From NCBI GenBank assembly GCA_002171315.2, contig NHFS02000013.1:1062-65061 (forward strand): a DNA stretch of 64,000 bases, in the 5' to 3' direction. Numbering within the stretch: the stretch's first letter is position 1; the number at the start of each line of letters is the position of its first letter. Positions 35,440 to 45,101 of this stretch are shown here, piece by piece. This DNA is from Euryarchaeota archaeon TMED117. GTDB lineage: Archaea; Thermoplasmatota; Poseidoniia; Poseidoniales; Poseidoniaceae. A program made the position numbers and the translations under genes. A model generated the notes under the pieces. The model was not told the DNA's origin. It did not search any database and saw only the letters and a list, made by a program, of their open reading frames with translations.

Positions 35440-36600
35440 GTGGTCGCAGCCCAACAAAATGGTGGCACTTTGAGCGACAAGCGAGACTACTACGAAGTGC
35501 TTGACGTTGAACGTTCCGCAACTGAGAAGGATCTCAAGAATGCCTTCCGCCGACTTGCTAGGAAATATCACCCTGATCGAAGCGAAGAAGAAGATGCAGA
35601 GAACAAATTCAAGGAAATTCAAGAAGCCTATGCAGTATTATCAGACTCAGAGAAGAGAGCTCATTATGATCGATTTGGACATGATTCGCCTGCAGGTAAT
35701 CCCTTTGGTGGATTTTCCGGTGGCGGATTTAACATCAACCTTGAAGATCTTCTTGGGGGTGATTTTTTCTCTGGTTTCTTTGGAGGTGGAGGCGGTGGGC
35801 GGAGAAGAGAACGTCGTGGTTCTGACATTCTCATACGACATAGTATCGATATGGCCACTGTCATCTCAGGAAGTGATGAATCCATAGAACTTGATTTACC
35901 ATCTGAATGTCTCGTTTGCAGTGGAACTGGAGCCAAAGGGGGCAGTACTACCACGTGCAACACTTGTCAAGGCCAAGGAAAAGTACGTGTGCGCCAACAA
36001 ATTGGTCCCTTTGTCAATGAAATTGTTCAAGATTGTCGTGAATGTGGAGGTGTTGGTTCAACCATCGATTCGAAGTGCGAAGATTGTTCTGGCCTCGGTC
36101 ACAAAATTGAATCAAAAACCATTCGATTCTCAGTACCACCAGGGGCTGAAGATGGAACAAGACTCCGTTTAAGAGGCCAAGGTCAGCCTGCCGAAAGAGG
36201 CCAAGGGAAGAGCGGAGATCTTCTCGTTGAAATCGAATTACTCACGCATCCATGGTTTGAAAGAAACGGTTCAGATTTGATCATGTCTCTCCCTCTTGGC
36301 TATCCTGACCTCGTTCTTGGAACTACAATTACAATTGATCATGTTGACGGTAAAAAATTGGATATTGTAATACCCGCTAAATCCTCAGCTGGACATACTC
36401 TTGAAATCAAAAAGCGTGGATTGCCACACTTAAGGCGAGGTGGAAGAGGTGATGTCATTGTCTTGCTTAAACTGCATATGCCGAAGTCAATTTCTAAAGC
36501 AGAAAAAAACCAACTCAAGGCAATGAAAGAAGGCCTGAATCCTGATGACCAATTCCAAACAATCCTTGATGATGCATCAGATCGCAGAATAAATGGTTGA
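35440..36600 (+). CDS. dnaJ: chaperone DnaJ (Hsp40, type I)
   Basis: The J-domain is DYYEVLDVERSATEKDLKNAFRRLARKYHPDR, followed by a Gly/Phe-rich region. Four CxxCxGxG repeats are present (CLVCSGTG, CNTCQGQG, CRECGGVG, CEDCSGLG). The start is GTG 35440 or TTG 35470. No dnaK or grpE is adjacent in this window. Confidence 0.9.
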   Translation: MVAAQQNGGTLSDKRDYYEVLDVERSATEKDLKNAFRRLARKYHPDRSEEEDAENKFKEIQEAYAVLSDSEKRAHYDRFGHDSPAGNPFGGFSGGGFNINLEDLLGGDFFSGFFGGGGGGRRRERRGSDILIRHSIDMATVISGSDESIELDLPSECLVCSGTGAKGGSTTTCNTCQGQGKVRVRQQIGPFVNEIVQDCRECGGVGSTIDSKCEDCSGLGHKIESKTIRFSVPPGAEDGTRLRLRGQGQPAERGQGKSGDLLVEIELLTHPWFERNGSDLIMSLPLGYPDLVLGTTITIDHVDGKKLDIVIPAKSSAGHTLEIKKRGLPHLRRGGRGDVIVLLKLHMPKSISKAEKNQLKAMKEGLNPDDQFQTILDDASDRRING

Positions 36601-38823
36601 TTATTCCTCTTCTGATAATCGAGAAAGAGTTGCAGGAATTCTCATTCCCCTTGGTTTCCCATCAACATGACCGTTCAATTCGATATCAACCTGGGCTCCG
36701 TCTCCTTTGAGTTCAACTGTTAGGAAAATCATGGTTCCTTTTGCAATTGAATCCACAAAGATTTCTTCACCTTGATGGAGCAATCGTGGCTCAACATTGG
36801 TTACTTCCCATGGACTTCCATGAGGGGCCTCAAATCTGAATGCTGAAACTTCCCATGTCTCTTCTGGTGTGTGGAGGCCAATCAATAATGGCCAATTTCC
36901 TTCGGTTTTGGATAGACGTTGATCAAGTTTCCAAATTGCGAGCGATGTACCTTGCGTCGAATATGTCCTGTCAGGAACACCCCATGATTCGCAAGCAGAT
37001 TGCCACGGAAGTGTGGCCACCGCTTCGAGGGATTTGACAAGTGTTTTTCTTGTCTGTTTTGGAGTCTCTGTGCCACTATCAAGTAACTCACTAAGTATCT
37101 TCAATCGTTCTCGAACTGCTCCTAATCGGCGTCCTTCATTGCGAGTGGATTTTATTTTGTAGAGTAAAAATAATGCGGGAAGAATCATTGTGATTCCAAG
37201 AATCCATCGTATGGCTGATCCCCATAGTTTCGCTTCATCTGAAGGTGGGAACCACGGTTCCTCCCCTTCTTCTATTGTTACCTTCGTTGCAGTTATGGTG
37301 TAAGATACGCTTTGTAAGTCATTACTCCACGTTTGGTTTGTAAGGATGCTTTCGTTCTTGTGGGAGAACACAATCAGATGCATTCCTGGTCCAACATTCA
37401 GATAAACCTCTCCTTCATTGGAAAACGAATCAAAGTCGATATTGTATTCCGATTTAGTATCAAAACTCTCTTGGTCAAGTTCCCAGACAGTTGCTAATAG
37501 GTTCTGATCAGATGTTCGTATCACGATGTGAATGCGATGCAATGAATCTACCCAACCGTCGACAGACAAGAGGTAAACATCCGTTTTGTCCATTGCTGCC
37601 AATGTTAAACTCCCTTGGAAATCCTCAGTACTCTCGCTAGATAAAATAGGCCATGTGGCAGTATTCTCTGGTTCACCGGGCATAAAACTCGGAGCATCTA
37701 CACTTAGATTCCCGTCTGAAAACGATCCGATTGAAACATCAACCCAATGAACATCTGAAGTAATTTTCAACATTGCCATCGTCGAATTTGGATAAGCATA
37801 AACTCGTTGAATCCTATTTTTTTGGATTTCAATTTCAGGCATAGTGATCCAATTTTCACCTATTTTTACAGATAATTCGGCTTTGATATCCTCGACCATT
37901 GGGGCTATTTTCACATAATTTGTTTCATCGAAACTAAAAGCTGATTGTGATGTCATGTGACCTATCTGTGTGAATGTGAGCGTACTGTCATCGATCTGTT
38001 GTGTGAGAGACTTTGAATGAATTGCGCGCTGTAGTGCATATGCTGAATTTGTAGCAGTTGTTGAAATCTTGACGATCAATCTACCATCTTCAACAATTTC
38101 GATGTATTCTGTTAAAGCTAAGAGGTCAGGGTTGATACCAGTTGCAGACTCGATAACAAGTGGAATTGGGGATTCAACTGTTGCATTTTGGAAGAAGAAA
38201 TCAAACCGTATTTGATTGGATGTGTGGTGGAGTTTGAATTCAATGAGGTCGCCTTCTAGGGCTTCTATTCCCCAATATTCTGGTGCATCAGAGCGAACCA
38301 AACCAGATTCAAACCAAGTAGTAGAGTAGGCTCCAGAAGAGATTGTATTCAAGTTTCCACGGTGCACATCCACGCATTCTGTTGACGATGCGCAACGACC
38401 ATTGGTGTCCAGTGTGAAGTTTTCCTCAGGAGAGGGTCGTTGAGAGGGGTGTTGAGAGTCAGCAGTGATAAGAATCGATGTGGTTATGGTCTCGGTTTCT
38501 GGAGATGAGATTGAAACATTGGCTAAGCCAGTTCCAGTAGCAACGTGGGTTGCAATTGACGCAGACGTTATTGTTGTGCCGTTTTCCTCAATTGAAACCG
38601 AGCAAAAATCACATCCGACGGCAACTGAAATTACATCTCCAACAGAAACGGATTCAGTGAAATCATAACTTGTGGCAGAATTTAATGTAATCATCTGTAC
38701 TCTTTCATCGATGATGAAGACCGTAGGAGATTCATCGGCAAGTGTACTCGTAGGGAGTTGACAAAGCAGAAGAATAGCCAACAGAATTAGACCAGTTCTA
38801 TGGCGTGTGTTCTGACCTCCCAT
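36601..38823 (-). CDS. bitopic membrane protein: signal peptide, ectodomain of about 520 aa, one TM helix, cytoplasmic domain of about 190 aa
   Basis: I prefer the start at M21 (MGGQNTRHRTGLILLAILLLCQLPTSTLA, ATG 38823) over the ORF-track start at 38883. The TM helix is AIRWILGITMILPALFLLY, followed by KIKSTRNEGRR and a non-repetitive C-terminal domain. I recognise no family. Confidence 0.7.
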   Translation of the reverse strand: MGGQNTRHRTGLILLAILLLCQLPTSTLADESPTVFIIDERVQMITLNSATSYDFTESVSVGDVISVAVGCDFCSVSIEENGTTITSASIATHVATGTGLANVSISSPETETITTSILITADSQHPSQRPSPEENFTLDTNGRCASSTECVDVHRGNLNTISSGAYSTTWFESGLVRSDAPEYWGIEALEGDLIEFKLHHTSNQIRFDFFFQNATVESPIPLVIESATGINPDLLALTEYIEIVEDGRLIVKISTTATNSAYALQRAIHSKSLTQQIDDSTLTFTQIGHMTSQSAFSFDETNYVKIAPMVEDIKAELSVKIGENWITMPEIEIQKNRIQRVYAYPNSTMAMLKITSDVHWVDVSIGSFSDGNLSVDAPSFMPGEPENTATWPILSSESTEDFQGSLTLAAMDKTDVYLLSVDGWVDSLHRIHIVIRTSDQNLLATVWELDQESFDTKSEYNIDFDSFSNEGEVYLNVGPGMHLIVFSHKNESILTNQTWSNDLQSVSYTITATKVTIEEGEEPWFPPSDEAKLWGSAIRWILGITMILPALFLLYKIKSTRNEGRRLGAVRERLKILSELLDSGTETPKQTRKTLVKSLEAVATLPWQSACESWGVPDRTYSTQGTSLAIWKLDQRLSKTEGNWPLLIGLHTPEETWEVSAFRFEAPHGSPWEVTNVEPRLLHQGEEIFVDSIAKGTMIFLTVELKGDGAQVDIELNGHVDGKPRGMRIPATLSRLSEEE

Positions 38824-38907
38824 GGAATAGGGTCTGACCTCTACTCTTTGAACACTTTCTTTTTCATGAGTAACACCCTTCAAGAAGCAGAGTACTCAGG
38901 AGTGACT

Positions 38908-40677
38908 ATGGCGGAAGGTCTAGGACGCACAGTCTTGCACCGTTCCCGTTTTGCCCGAATTTGGGGTCTTGGTAACAGAAGTAATCCTGTTGCTCAAACA
39001 CCATGTTTGATATCAGCCTTGAATGATCCAAAGGAGTTGGAAGAAATTGCTCCTTTTCGTTCAAGTCAGACTCGAACGATTCCAGCTAAGCTGAAAATCG
39101 ATACACCTCATTGCCTTACACCTCCAAACTTTGATGTGCCAGGACCCGTTTTTGAGGCCTCCATTGGCCATGTATTACCTCCTTCTCTGGATGAAGCGAA
39201 TGCTGGTGAATCTGCTGATACAGGGTCGGTTTTACCCCTCTCATGGCAGCGATTGCATCATGACCCATCATTACTGGCAGATGACCTGAAGCCGCACATT
39301 GTTGTTCTCGTTGATGCAGTTCAGCTAGCGGCACAATCAGGGAAATTGGTAAAGGCCATCGCTGTTATCAAAAATCGATTTCCTGGAGCCCTACTCTGGA
39401 CTCCTGGATTAGGTGGACCAGATAATGCTGCAGTTCTTGCATGGTTTGGCGTTGATATCTTTGATTTTTCACGTTCTGGATTTGCGGTTGCCTCTGAACA
39501 TCTTCTCACAGCATTCGGCCCACGTGCTCCGCTAGAGGGGGAAGAATGCTCTCCACTCGTTGCGGTCAATCATTACGACCAATCATTGCGCACAGTTCGT
39601 TCAGCAATAGCATCTGGTACACTCCGAACACTTGCTGAACAGCAGAGTTTGAACAGCCCAAAACTTGTTGAGCATATGAGGTTCTTTGACAAGTTGCTCA
39701 AGGAATCTTCGAATGTGATGCGAATTCATCCTCTGGGTGTCAATCGTATCGATTATCTAAGTACAACGAGCCATCAAGATTCTTCGGTTGAGCAATGGGT
39801 TGATTTCATTTCAAACGAGTATCAAGTTCCTGAGAAGTTGGATAATGTCCTCGTATTACTTCCTTGTTCTGCACGAAAACCATATCGATTATCCAAATCG
39901 CATCGTAAATTTATCCAAGCATTAGGAACAAATGCTTGCCATGAAGTCATGGTAACTTCGCCACTAGGACTTGTTCCGAGAGATCTTGAAGATGTGTGGC
40001 CAGCAGCGTTCTATGACATTCCTGTGACAGGAGATTGGTCTCTTGACGAAGTTCATAGAATCCAATCGATGATAACAAACCTTGTTGCTAGGCACAACTA
40101 CAAAGCAATCATCAACCATAGCGGAATGGATTTGCAAATTGATGACGTCGATGTTACTGATACAAGGCAAGGCGAAAGTTCTGGGTCAAGAACGGCTTTA
40201 CAAAGACTGACAGAGGCAGTTCAAGTTGCAAAGGAAGGACATCAAATCCATCGAAGGAAAGGCGAGAAAGTAAACCTCGATCGTTTCAGGAGCATCTCTC
40301 GATATCTTCACAAATCCGATGATTGGCTTGATGATTGTAGAATTCGAGGTAAGCCACCTCGTTGGAAGATTGAACGAGATGGTAAACAAATTGCTCTATG
40401 GTCGTTTGAACGAGCAGGGTTCTCATTCAGTAAAGATGCAGTGAAATATCTTGATGCCTGCTCAGCTCTACCTCGAGTTCATCTCGTTGACGGCGTAAAA
40501 TGGAAAGGGGATTTACACTATGGAATCGTCAAGTCGTTTGACCCTGGAATTCTCATGGGCCAAGATTTGATTGTTATGCAAAACGATGCTGCAGTTGGTC
40601 TCGCCAGAAGTATTGCTCCTGGATGGGAATGGGCAGGAACACCTGGAAGATTGGCAAAATTGCATCAACGAATATAG
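38908..40677 (+). CDS. arcS: archaeosine synthase ArcS (TGT-like, with C-terminal PUA domain)
   Basis: It contains an exact match to the published ArcS signature PC-x3-KPY-x2-S-x2-H: PCSARKPYRLSKSH at 39862-39903. The C-terminus is PUA-like: VHLVDGVKWKGDLHYGIVKSFDPGILMGQDLIVMQNDAAVGLARS. I prefer the start at ATG 38908 (or 38866) because the ORF-track start at 38800 overlaps the divergent gene. Confidence 0.75.
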   Translation: MAEGLGRTVLHRSRFARIWGLGNRSNPVAQTPCLISALNDPKELEEIAPFRSSQTRTIPAKLKIDTPHCLTPPNFDVPGPVFEASIGHVLPPSLDEANAGESADTGSVLPLSWQRLHHDPSLLADDLKPHIVVLVDAVQLAAQSGKLVKAIAVIKNRFPGALLWTPGLGGPDNAAVLAWFGVDIFDFSRSGFAVASEHLLTAFGPRAPLEGEECSPLVAVNHYDQSLRTVRSAIASGTLRTLAEQQSLNSPKLVEHMRFFDKLLKESSNVMRIHPLGVNRIDYLSTTSHQDSSVEQWVDFISNEYQVPEKLDNVLVLLPCSARKPYRLSKSHRKFIQALGTNACHEVMVTSPLGLVPRDLEDVWPAAFYDIPVTGDWSLDEVHRIQSMITNLVARHNYKAIINHSGMDLQIDDVDVTDTRQGESSGSRTALQRLTEAVQVAKEGHQIHRRKGEKVNLDRFRSISRYLHKSDDWLDDCRIRGKPPRWKIERDGKQIALWSFERAGFSFSKDAVKYLDACSALPRVHLVDGVKWKGDLHYGIVKSFDPGILMGQDLIVMQNDAAVGLARSIAPGWEWAGTPGRLAKLHQRI

Positions 40678-40739
40678 TCTCAATCAGCGATGTGATTAAG
40701 AAGGGAGAGCAAGTCGCAAGGCTGCTCGGAGTAGTCAAT

Positions 40740-41195
40740 ATGGCACGTATGTACGCATCCAAGAGAGGAAAAAGTGGCTCATCGAAGCCTTTCATGACAG
40801 AAGCTCCTTCATGGTCTAACAAAGACGTAAAGGAGATTGAGTCCCTCATTCTTCAATATTCTAAGGACGGCATGTCCACAGCGCAAATCGGTACAGTTCT
40901 TCGTGACAAGCACGCTGTTCCAAATGTCCGATTAGTTCTCGGAAAGCGTATCGGTGCAGTTCTCAGCGAGAATGGCGAAAGCAGCACCTATCCAGAAGAT
41001 TTGATGAACCTCATGCGCCAAGCAGTTGCTATCATCGAACACCTTACCTCAAACAGTAGAGATCTTCACAACAAGCGTTCTCTTGAACTAACTGAAGCAA
41101 AGATTCGTCGACTAGGAAACTACTACAAAGCAGAAGGTCGTTTAGATTCAGATTGGCGCTACAAGCGTGACCAACTCAGACTAATCGTCGAGTGA
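40740..41195 (+). CDS. rps15: 30S ribosomal protein uS15 (archaeal S15/S13e type)
   Basis: MARMYASKRGKSGSSKPF is the canonical archaeal N-terminus. Downstream are KDGMSTAQIGTVLRD, the C-terminal HLxxNxxDxHNKRSL and RRLGNYYK. The ORF-track start at 40623 is an upstream extension that overlaps arcS. Confidence 0.9.
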   Translation: MARMYASKRGKSGSSKPFMTEAPSWSNKDVKEIESLILQYSKDGMSTAQIGTVLRDKHAVPNVRLVLGKRIGAVLSENGESSTYPEDLMNLMRQAVAIIEHLTSNSRDLHNKRSLELTEAKIRRLGNYYKAEGRLDSDWRYKRDQLRLIVE

Positions 41196-41242
41196 TTGGG
41201 AGCATTCATGTGTAACGGGGTTGAGGCCCTGTTGGGTCAGAC

Positions 41243-42145
41243 ATGCACGATTTACTTCAGACGACATTTCTTTCTCCATTGAAAGAAGATCTTGTCAAAG
41301 CATCTCAGTACATTGCAAAAGGGCCGTTGGTATTGACCGCTTCTGCTGATTTAGAAGGACTACTCGCACTTGGGTTTCTTGAAGCAGCTCTCCTAGATTC
41401 AGGAATCTCATATTCTCGACGATTTATACGACCTATGAAGAATATTCCTCGAGACGAACAAAATATTGTACCAGATTACAAAGGTACGAAGATTGTGTTT
41501 ATTGATTCATTCGCAAAAACTGACATTCAGGATTCAGACAATGTTATGATCATAAAACCAAGAGAGGTTGAAGTACAATTTCCTCATTCTGAACAAAAAA
41601 GAAGAGGGACAGTTGATGCAGTGATTCAAGCATCTGCAATCGCATCAATGCTTTCACCAAGCGGAGCAAAAGTAACACCGTTCCGCCCATATACTGGTGC
41701 AGGCCAATGGCTCATGGAAGGGCTTGATACAACGATTGATCCAATACATACCCTCGTGAGAGACTTTCTACGCGATGAAGGGACAATCCAGATTGTTCCT
41801 CTTCCAGAAGTACAACAACCACGTATCGAAATGATACCTGGCCTCTCTAAGAGACGTCTAAACAAATTGAGTGACTTGTGGATTGATATGAATGCAAATC
41901 AACGTTCACAGGCATTATCTGAATTTTGCCTCCCCTCTCTTTCAACGGAAGGGATTTCAACTGCTCGTTTTGAAGAGTTGGTATGGAAACGTATGGTTAT
42001 TCCTGGTCAAGCATCGGATTTGGCTTCTATTGTTCATGATTTGCAAAAAGGGTGGCCAGAAACGATTGATACATCTCTCGTTTTCGCAAGTAGATTACTT
42101 GATTCATGGCTTCGAACAGGCCACCTTGCTGAATCGACGGATTGA
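41243..42145 (+). CDS. hypothetical protein; possibly a degenerate DHH (RecJ/Cdc45-like) domain
   Basis: 300-aa ORF directly after rps15. LVLTASADLEGLLALGFLEAALLDSGISY resembles DHH motif I (H-x-D-x-DG-x2-S-x-A-x-L), but with DLEG in place of DxDG. IVFIDSF resembles motif II. The position of the DHH triad reads IIKPRE. The CDS is well supported; the family assignment is weak. Confidence 0.45.
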   Translation: MHDLLQTTFLSPLKEDLVKASQYIAKGPLVLTASADLEGLLALGFLEAALLDSGISYSRRFIRPMKNIPRDEQNIVPDYKGTKIVFIDSFAKTDIQDSDNVMIIKPREVEVQFPHSEQKRRGTVDAVIQASAIASMLSPSGAKVTPFRPYTGAGQWLMEGLDTTIDPIHTLVRDFLRDEGTIQIVPLPEVQQPRIEMIPGLSKRRLNKLSDLWIDMNANQRSQALSEFCLPSLSTEGISTARFEELVWKRMVIPGQASDLASIVHDLQKGWPETIDTSLVFASRLLDSWLRTGHLAESTD

Positions 42146-42170
42146 AACATCATGAGAATGTGGCATTGAT

Positions 42171-42521
42171 ATGGCGATTGAGAGACTGCTAACTGGAAGT
42201 ATACGCGAACGCGTGCAGGATTTGATGTCAACTGAAGATTTGATCATCGAATCGTTCAAGGACATTGTCAAAGACGAACTGAAACTTCATATTCGAACTA
42301 AAATTGAGGAAGACCCGGATTTACACGCAGAAATACGGGAGGCAGTTTCATACTACTTCCAGCAAAAAGCTCGTTCAGTCTATGCTGAATTGAAAGCGAC
42401 AAGAGCTGCAACTCGCCTCGGATTACGTCTTCTTCCCGATGAACTTCAAGGTGAAGTCGGTGAAGCACTCATTGGCTTGTTTGAAAAAGAACTTGGGACT
42501 CTTTTGGACAAGGCACTTTGA
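42171..42521 (+). CDS. hypothetical small helical protein (116 aa)
   Basis: The ORF has a charged, helix-prone composition and no TM helix or recognisable motif. Its codon usage is consistent with neighbouring genes. Confidence 0.5.
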   Translation: MAIERLLTGSIRERVQDLMSTEDLIIESFKDIVKDELKLHIRTKIEEDPDLHAEIREAVSYYFQQKARSVYAELKATRAATRLGLRLLPDELQGEVGEALIGLFEKELGTLLDKAL

Positions 42522-42599
42522 ATCAAAAATCATACCAACTCCTCACAGACGAGCGTTGATGTTATACGCTTGTTGTTCAGCCATACATTTGGGGATAGA

Positions 42600-44642
42600 A
42601 TGCAGAGACAAGCAGTACTCATCTTGAGTTGCTTTTTGTTTGCAATCTTTTTACCCTCAAATGCATTTGTTGGAGTATCTTCTGCCGAAGATATCACCGT
42701 TTGGAATGATTCCGTAGAGGCTGATTTGTATCTGATTGAATCAGGAGGTAATTCCATACTAAATCCATTTGAGGATTTACTTGCTGAAACTCCCACCTCT
42801 GCTTCGTTCGAAACAGCATTGACCTCCTCCGAACAAATTGAGAAATGGACCCTTCCTTCCGCATGGTCAGGTGTTGTCCCAGATGATACTTGGTCTCTCG
42901 ATATCTATTACGAGGTATCGGATGCAGGTGGTGCGCAACTGAACTTGTCTGCGACGGTGACTATTGGAGGCTCTACGTTCACTGGTTATCTTGATCAAGG
43001 TTCCTCATTTGTTGCGGCAGGAAGTGGGTTTGTGACAATTGATATTCCTGTAGAGAGTGTTACCGTAAGTGGTACGTCCGAGGTCTCCCTCACACTGAGT
43101 GCCCGTACAATCGTGTTTAGCGTCCCATCAAGCGGAGCGAGTATTGAATTCCTATGGGGAAGTGTGGAAGAACCTTCGAAAATTTCTGCAAACCTTCCTC
43201 TTGTTGACCTCACGCTTGAAGAGCCAGTTGTTGATGGAGACGTTGTTTATCTTGGATTGCGAATTGAATCACCTTTTGGTATGGAAGCACTTGTGTTTTC
43301 TGATTCAATCAGTTTGAGTGTTGGTAACATTCTAATTGAAACAGATCCTACAGAGGTCTCCGAAGGAGATGCAATTCTAGTCATATGGACATGGGACGGG
43401 GCTTCAGGTGGAGTTGAAACAATTGATATCTCAACGGAATATGTTCTCCAAGCTGGTGTAAAACTCACTGGATCTACGACGTTTGAAATTGAAACGTTTG
43501 ACAGTAATGGCGGAAGTGGTGGATATTATCCCTTAAATGAGCCCTTGCGAAGTAGTGGTAGAGGTTCTCCGTTGAGTATTACCATTGACATGGCACTTGA
43601 GACAAGGGATAGTTCACTCCACTTGTCAAGGTCTACAACCCTTGAAATCGGTGGCGAAATGGCATTTTGGATGCGATGGGGTTTGGATCATATAGGGGAT
43701 GAAACAATACCCCTTTCTCCTGTTTTGAAGAATTTCCAATCGGATGGTGTAACAGATGATGAACGAGGAAGTCGTGTCATTGAAAGTCCAGAAGTCAATG
43801 CATTTGAAGGATTTATGGAGTCGTATTACATTACATATTTCCAAACTGGATTGGGCATAGAATCTGAGGAACTTCTTGGGGATTTATCAAAATCCGTTAC
43901 CTTTGCCATCACACTGGATTTGTTGGGTGAAGAACGGGTGAAAAATGCGCCTCTAACACTTCGCATTGATAGTTTGACTCCTATCGAAGATGGGGGTAAT
44001 TACAACCTTCTGCGTTCATTCATAAAATCACAGCCATCTCCATTGTGGTCTGGATACGACCTCACAGCCTCCGTTTCAACGTCTATTATGACTTCATTTA
44101 CGATTGTAGAACTCGACGCTTCTGACCTTCTTGAGATTGAATATCTCCGATTCCCTTGGGGTGAGATGGTGACAATTACTGGCGAAGATTTGACTCAATC
44201 GGATGAATTTACGATCAGAACGGTTCCCACTTCATCTCCGCTGCATGCACCGCTTGGTTTGACTGTACTCGTTGTTATCATCTTGGCAGGTGGACTTTTC
44301 TGTGCATTTAGGATTGTTCGCCAAAGAAATCGTTATCCTCTCTTGATTGAAACGATTCTTATCCCAATGGTTTTCCTCATGCATTTCTTTGCTTATCCTC
44401 CTTTGTTCGTAATTTCAACAAGCGGTGGCGTTGCCTTGATTTGGTTAGCAACCGCTCTTGCGTCTCCAACGGTAGCAACTGGTGCTGCTAAAGATGCTCC
44501 AGCCAAGGCACCAAATATTGTTACGAGTTTCCCTACAATCAATTGCCCTCAATGCGGTACGCCCAATCCTGTGACGTCAAATGAGCGCCCAATTCGTTTG
44601 GAGTGCACTGGCTGTGGGCGAGTGATTAAGATTGTTGCATGA
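42600..44642 (+). CDS. surface protein with signal peptide, ectodomain of about 560 aa, three C-terminal TM helices and a terminal zinc ribbon
   Basis: I prefer the start MQRQAVLILSCFLFAIFLPSNAFVGVSSA (ATG 42600). The TM helices are LGLTVLVVIILAGGLFCAF, LLIETILIPMVFLMHFFAY and GVALIWLATALA. The C-terminus is CPQCGTPNPVTSNERPIRLECTGCG. Confidence 0.75.
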   Translation: MQRQAVLILSCFLFAIFLPSNAFVGVSSAEDITVWNDSVEADLYLIESGGNSILNPFEDLLAETPTSASFETALTSSEQIEKWTLPSAWSGVVPDDTWSLDIYYEVSDAGGAQLNLSATVTIGGSTFTGYLDQGSSFVAAGSGFVTIDIPVESVTVSGTSEVSLTLSARTIVFSVPSSGASIEFLWGSVEEPSKISANLPLVDLTLEEPVVDGDVVYLGLRIESPFGMEALVFSDSISLSVGNILIETDPTEVSEGDAILVIWTWDGASGGVETIDISTEYVLQAGVKLTGSTTFEIETFDSNGGSGGYYPLNEPLRSSGRGSPLSITIDMALETRDSSLHLSRSTTLEIGGEMAFWMRWGLDHIGDETIPLSPVLKNFQSDGVTDDERGSRVIESPEVNAFEGFMESYYITYFQTGLGIESEELLGDLSKSVTFAITLDLLGEERVKNAPLTLRIDSLTPIEDGGNYNLLRSFIKSQPSPLWSGYDLTASVSTSIMTSFTIVELDASDLLEIEYLRFPWGEMVTITGEDLTQSDEFTIRTVPTSSPLHAPLGLTVLVVIILAGGLFCAFRIVRQRNRYPLLIETILIPMVFLMHFFAYPPLFVISTSGGVALIWLATALASPTVATGAAKDAPAKAPNIVTSFPTINCPQCGTPNPVTSNERPIRLECTGCGRVIKIVA

Positions 44643-44681
44643 TGTCAAAACTATCATGAACATCAACCTACAGGCTACGTC

Positions 44682-45098
44682 ATGAGCGAAACAGTAGCAG
44701 ACCTCGTCCTTGATGATGAACACGTAACAATTGGATTAGAAGATACGTTAGTTGAAGGATGCAAAAGATTGGTAAGCATACCTTCTGGGATTCTTGTTGT
44801 TCTTGATGATGAAGATCAAGTCAAAGGAGTCATTGGACAACGGCAAATGCTCAAAGCAATTGGAAACGGCGTTGATGTTACCGAAACAACATGCAAAGAA
44901 GTAATGGAGATGGATGTGCTAAAAGTTCCATTAACTGATGCGATAGCAGATGTCATAAAATCTGTAAATGAACGTATGCCTCAAGCCGTGGTTGCTGTCA
45001 ATGAAGATGGAGCGTTTGAAGGCTACTTCTCCCCAGAGGACTATCGTCAGGCACAATCCATCCTTTCAGCTAACCCCTCTTTGGGAAGTCTTGATTGA
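44682..45098 (+). CDS. CBS domain pair protein
   Basis: 138 aa with two CBS-like units (ILVVLDDEDQVKGVIGQRQMLKAI and AVVAVNEDGAFEGYFSPEDY). Confidence 0.65.
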   Translation: MSETVADLVLDDEHVTIGLEDTLVEGCKRLVSIPSGILVVLDDEDQVKGVIGQRQMLKAIGNGVDVTETTCKEVMEMDVLKVPLTDAIADVIKSVNERMPQAVVAVNEDGAFEGYFSPEDYRQAQSILSANPSLGSLD

Positions 45099-45101
45099 GA
45101 G

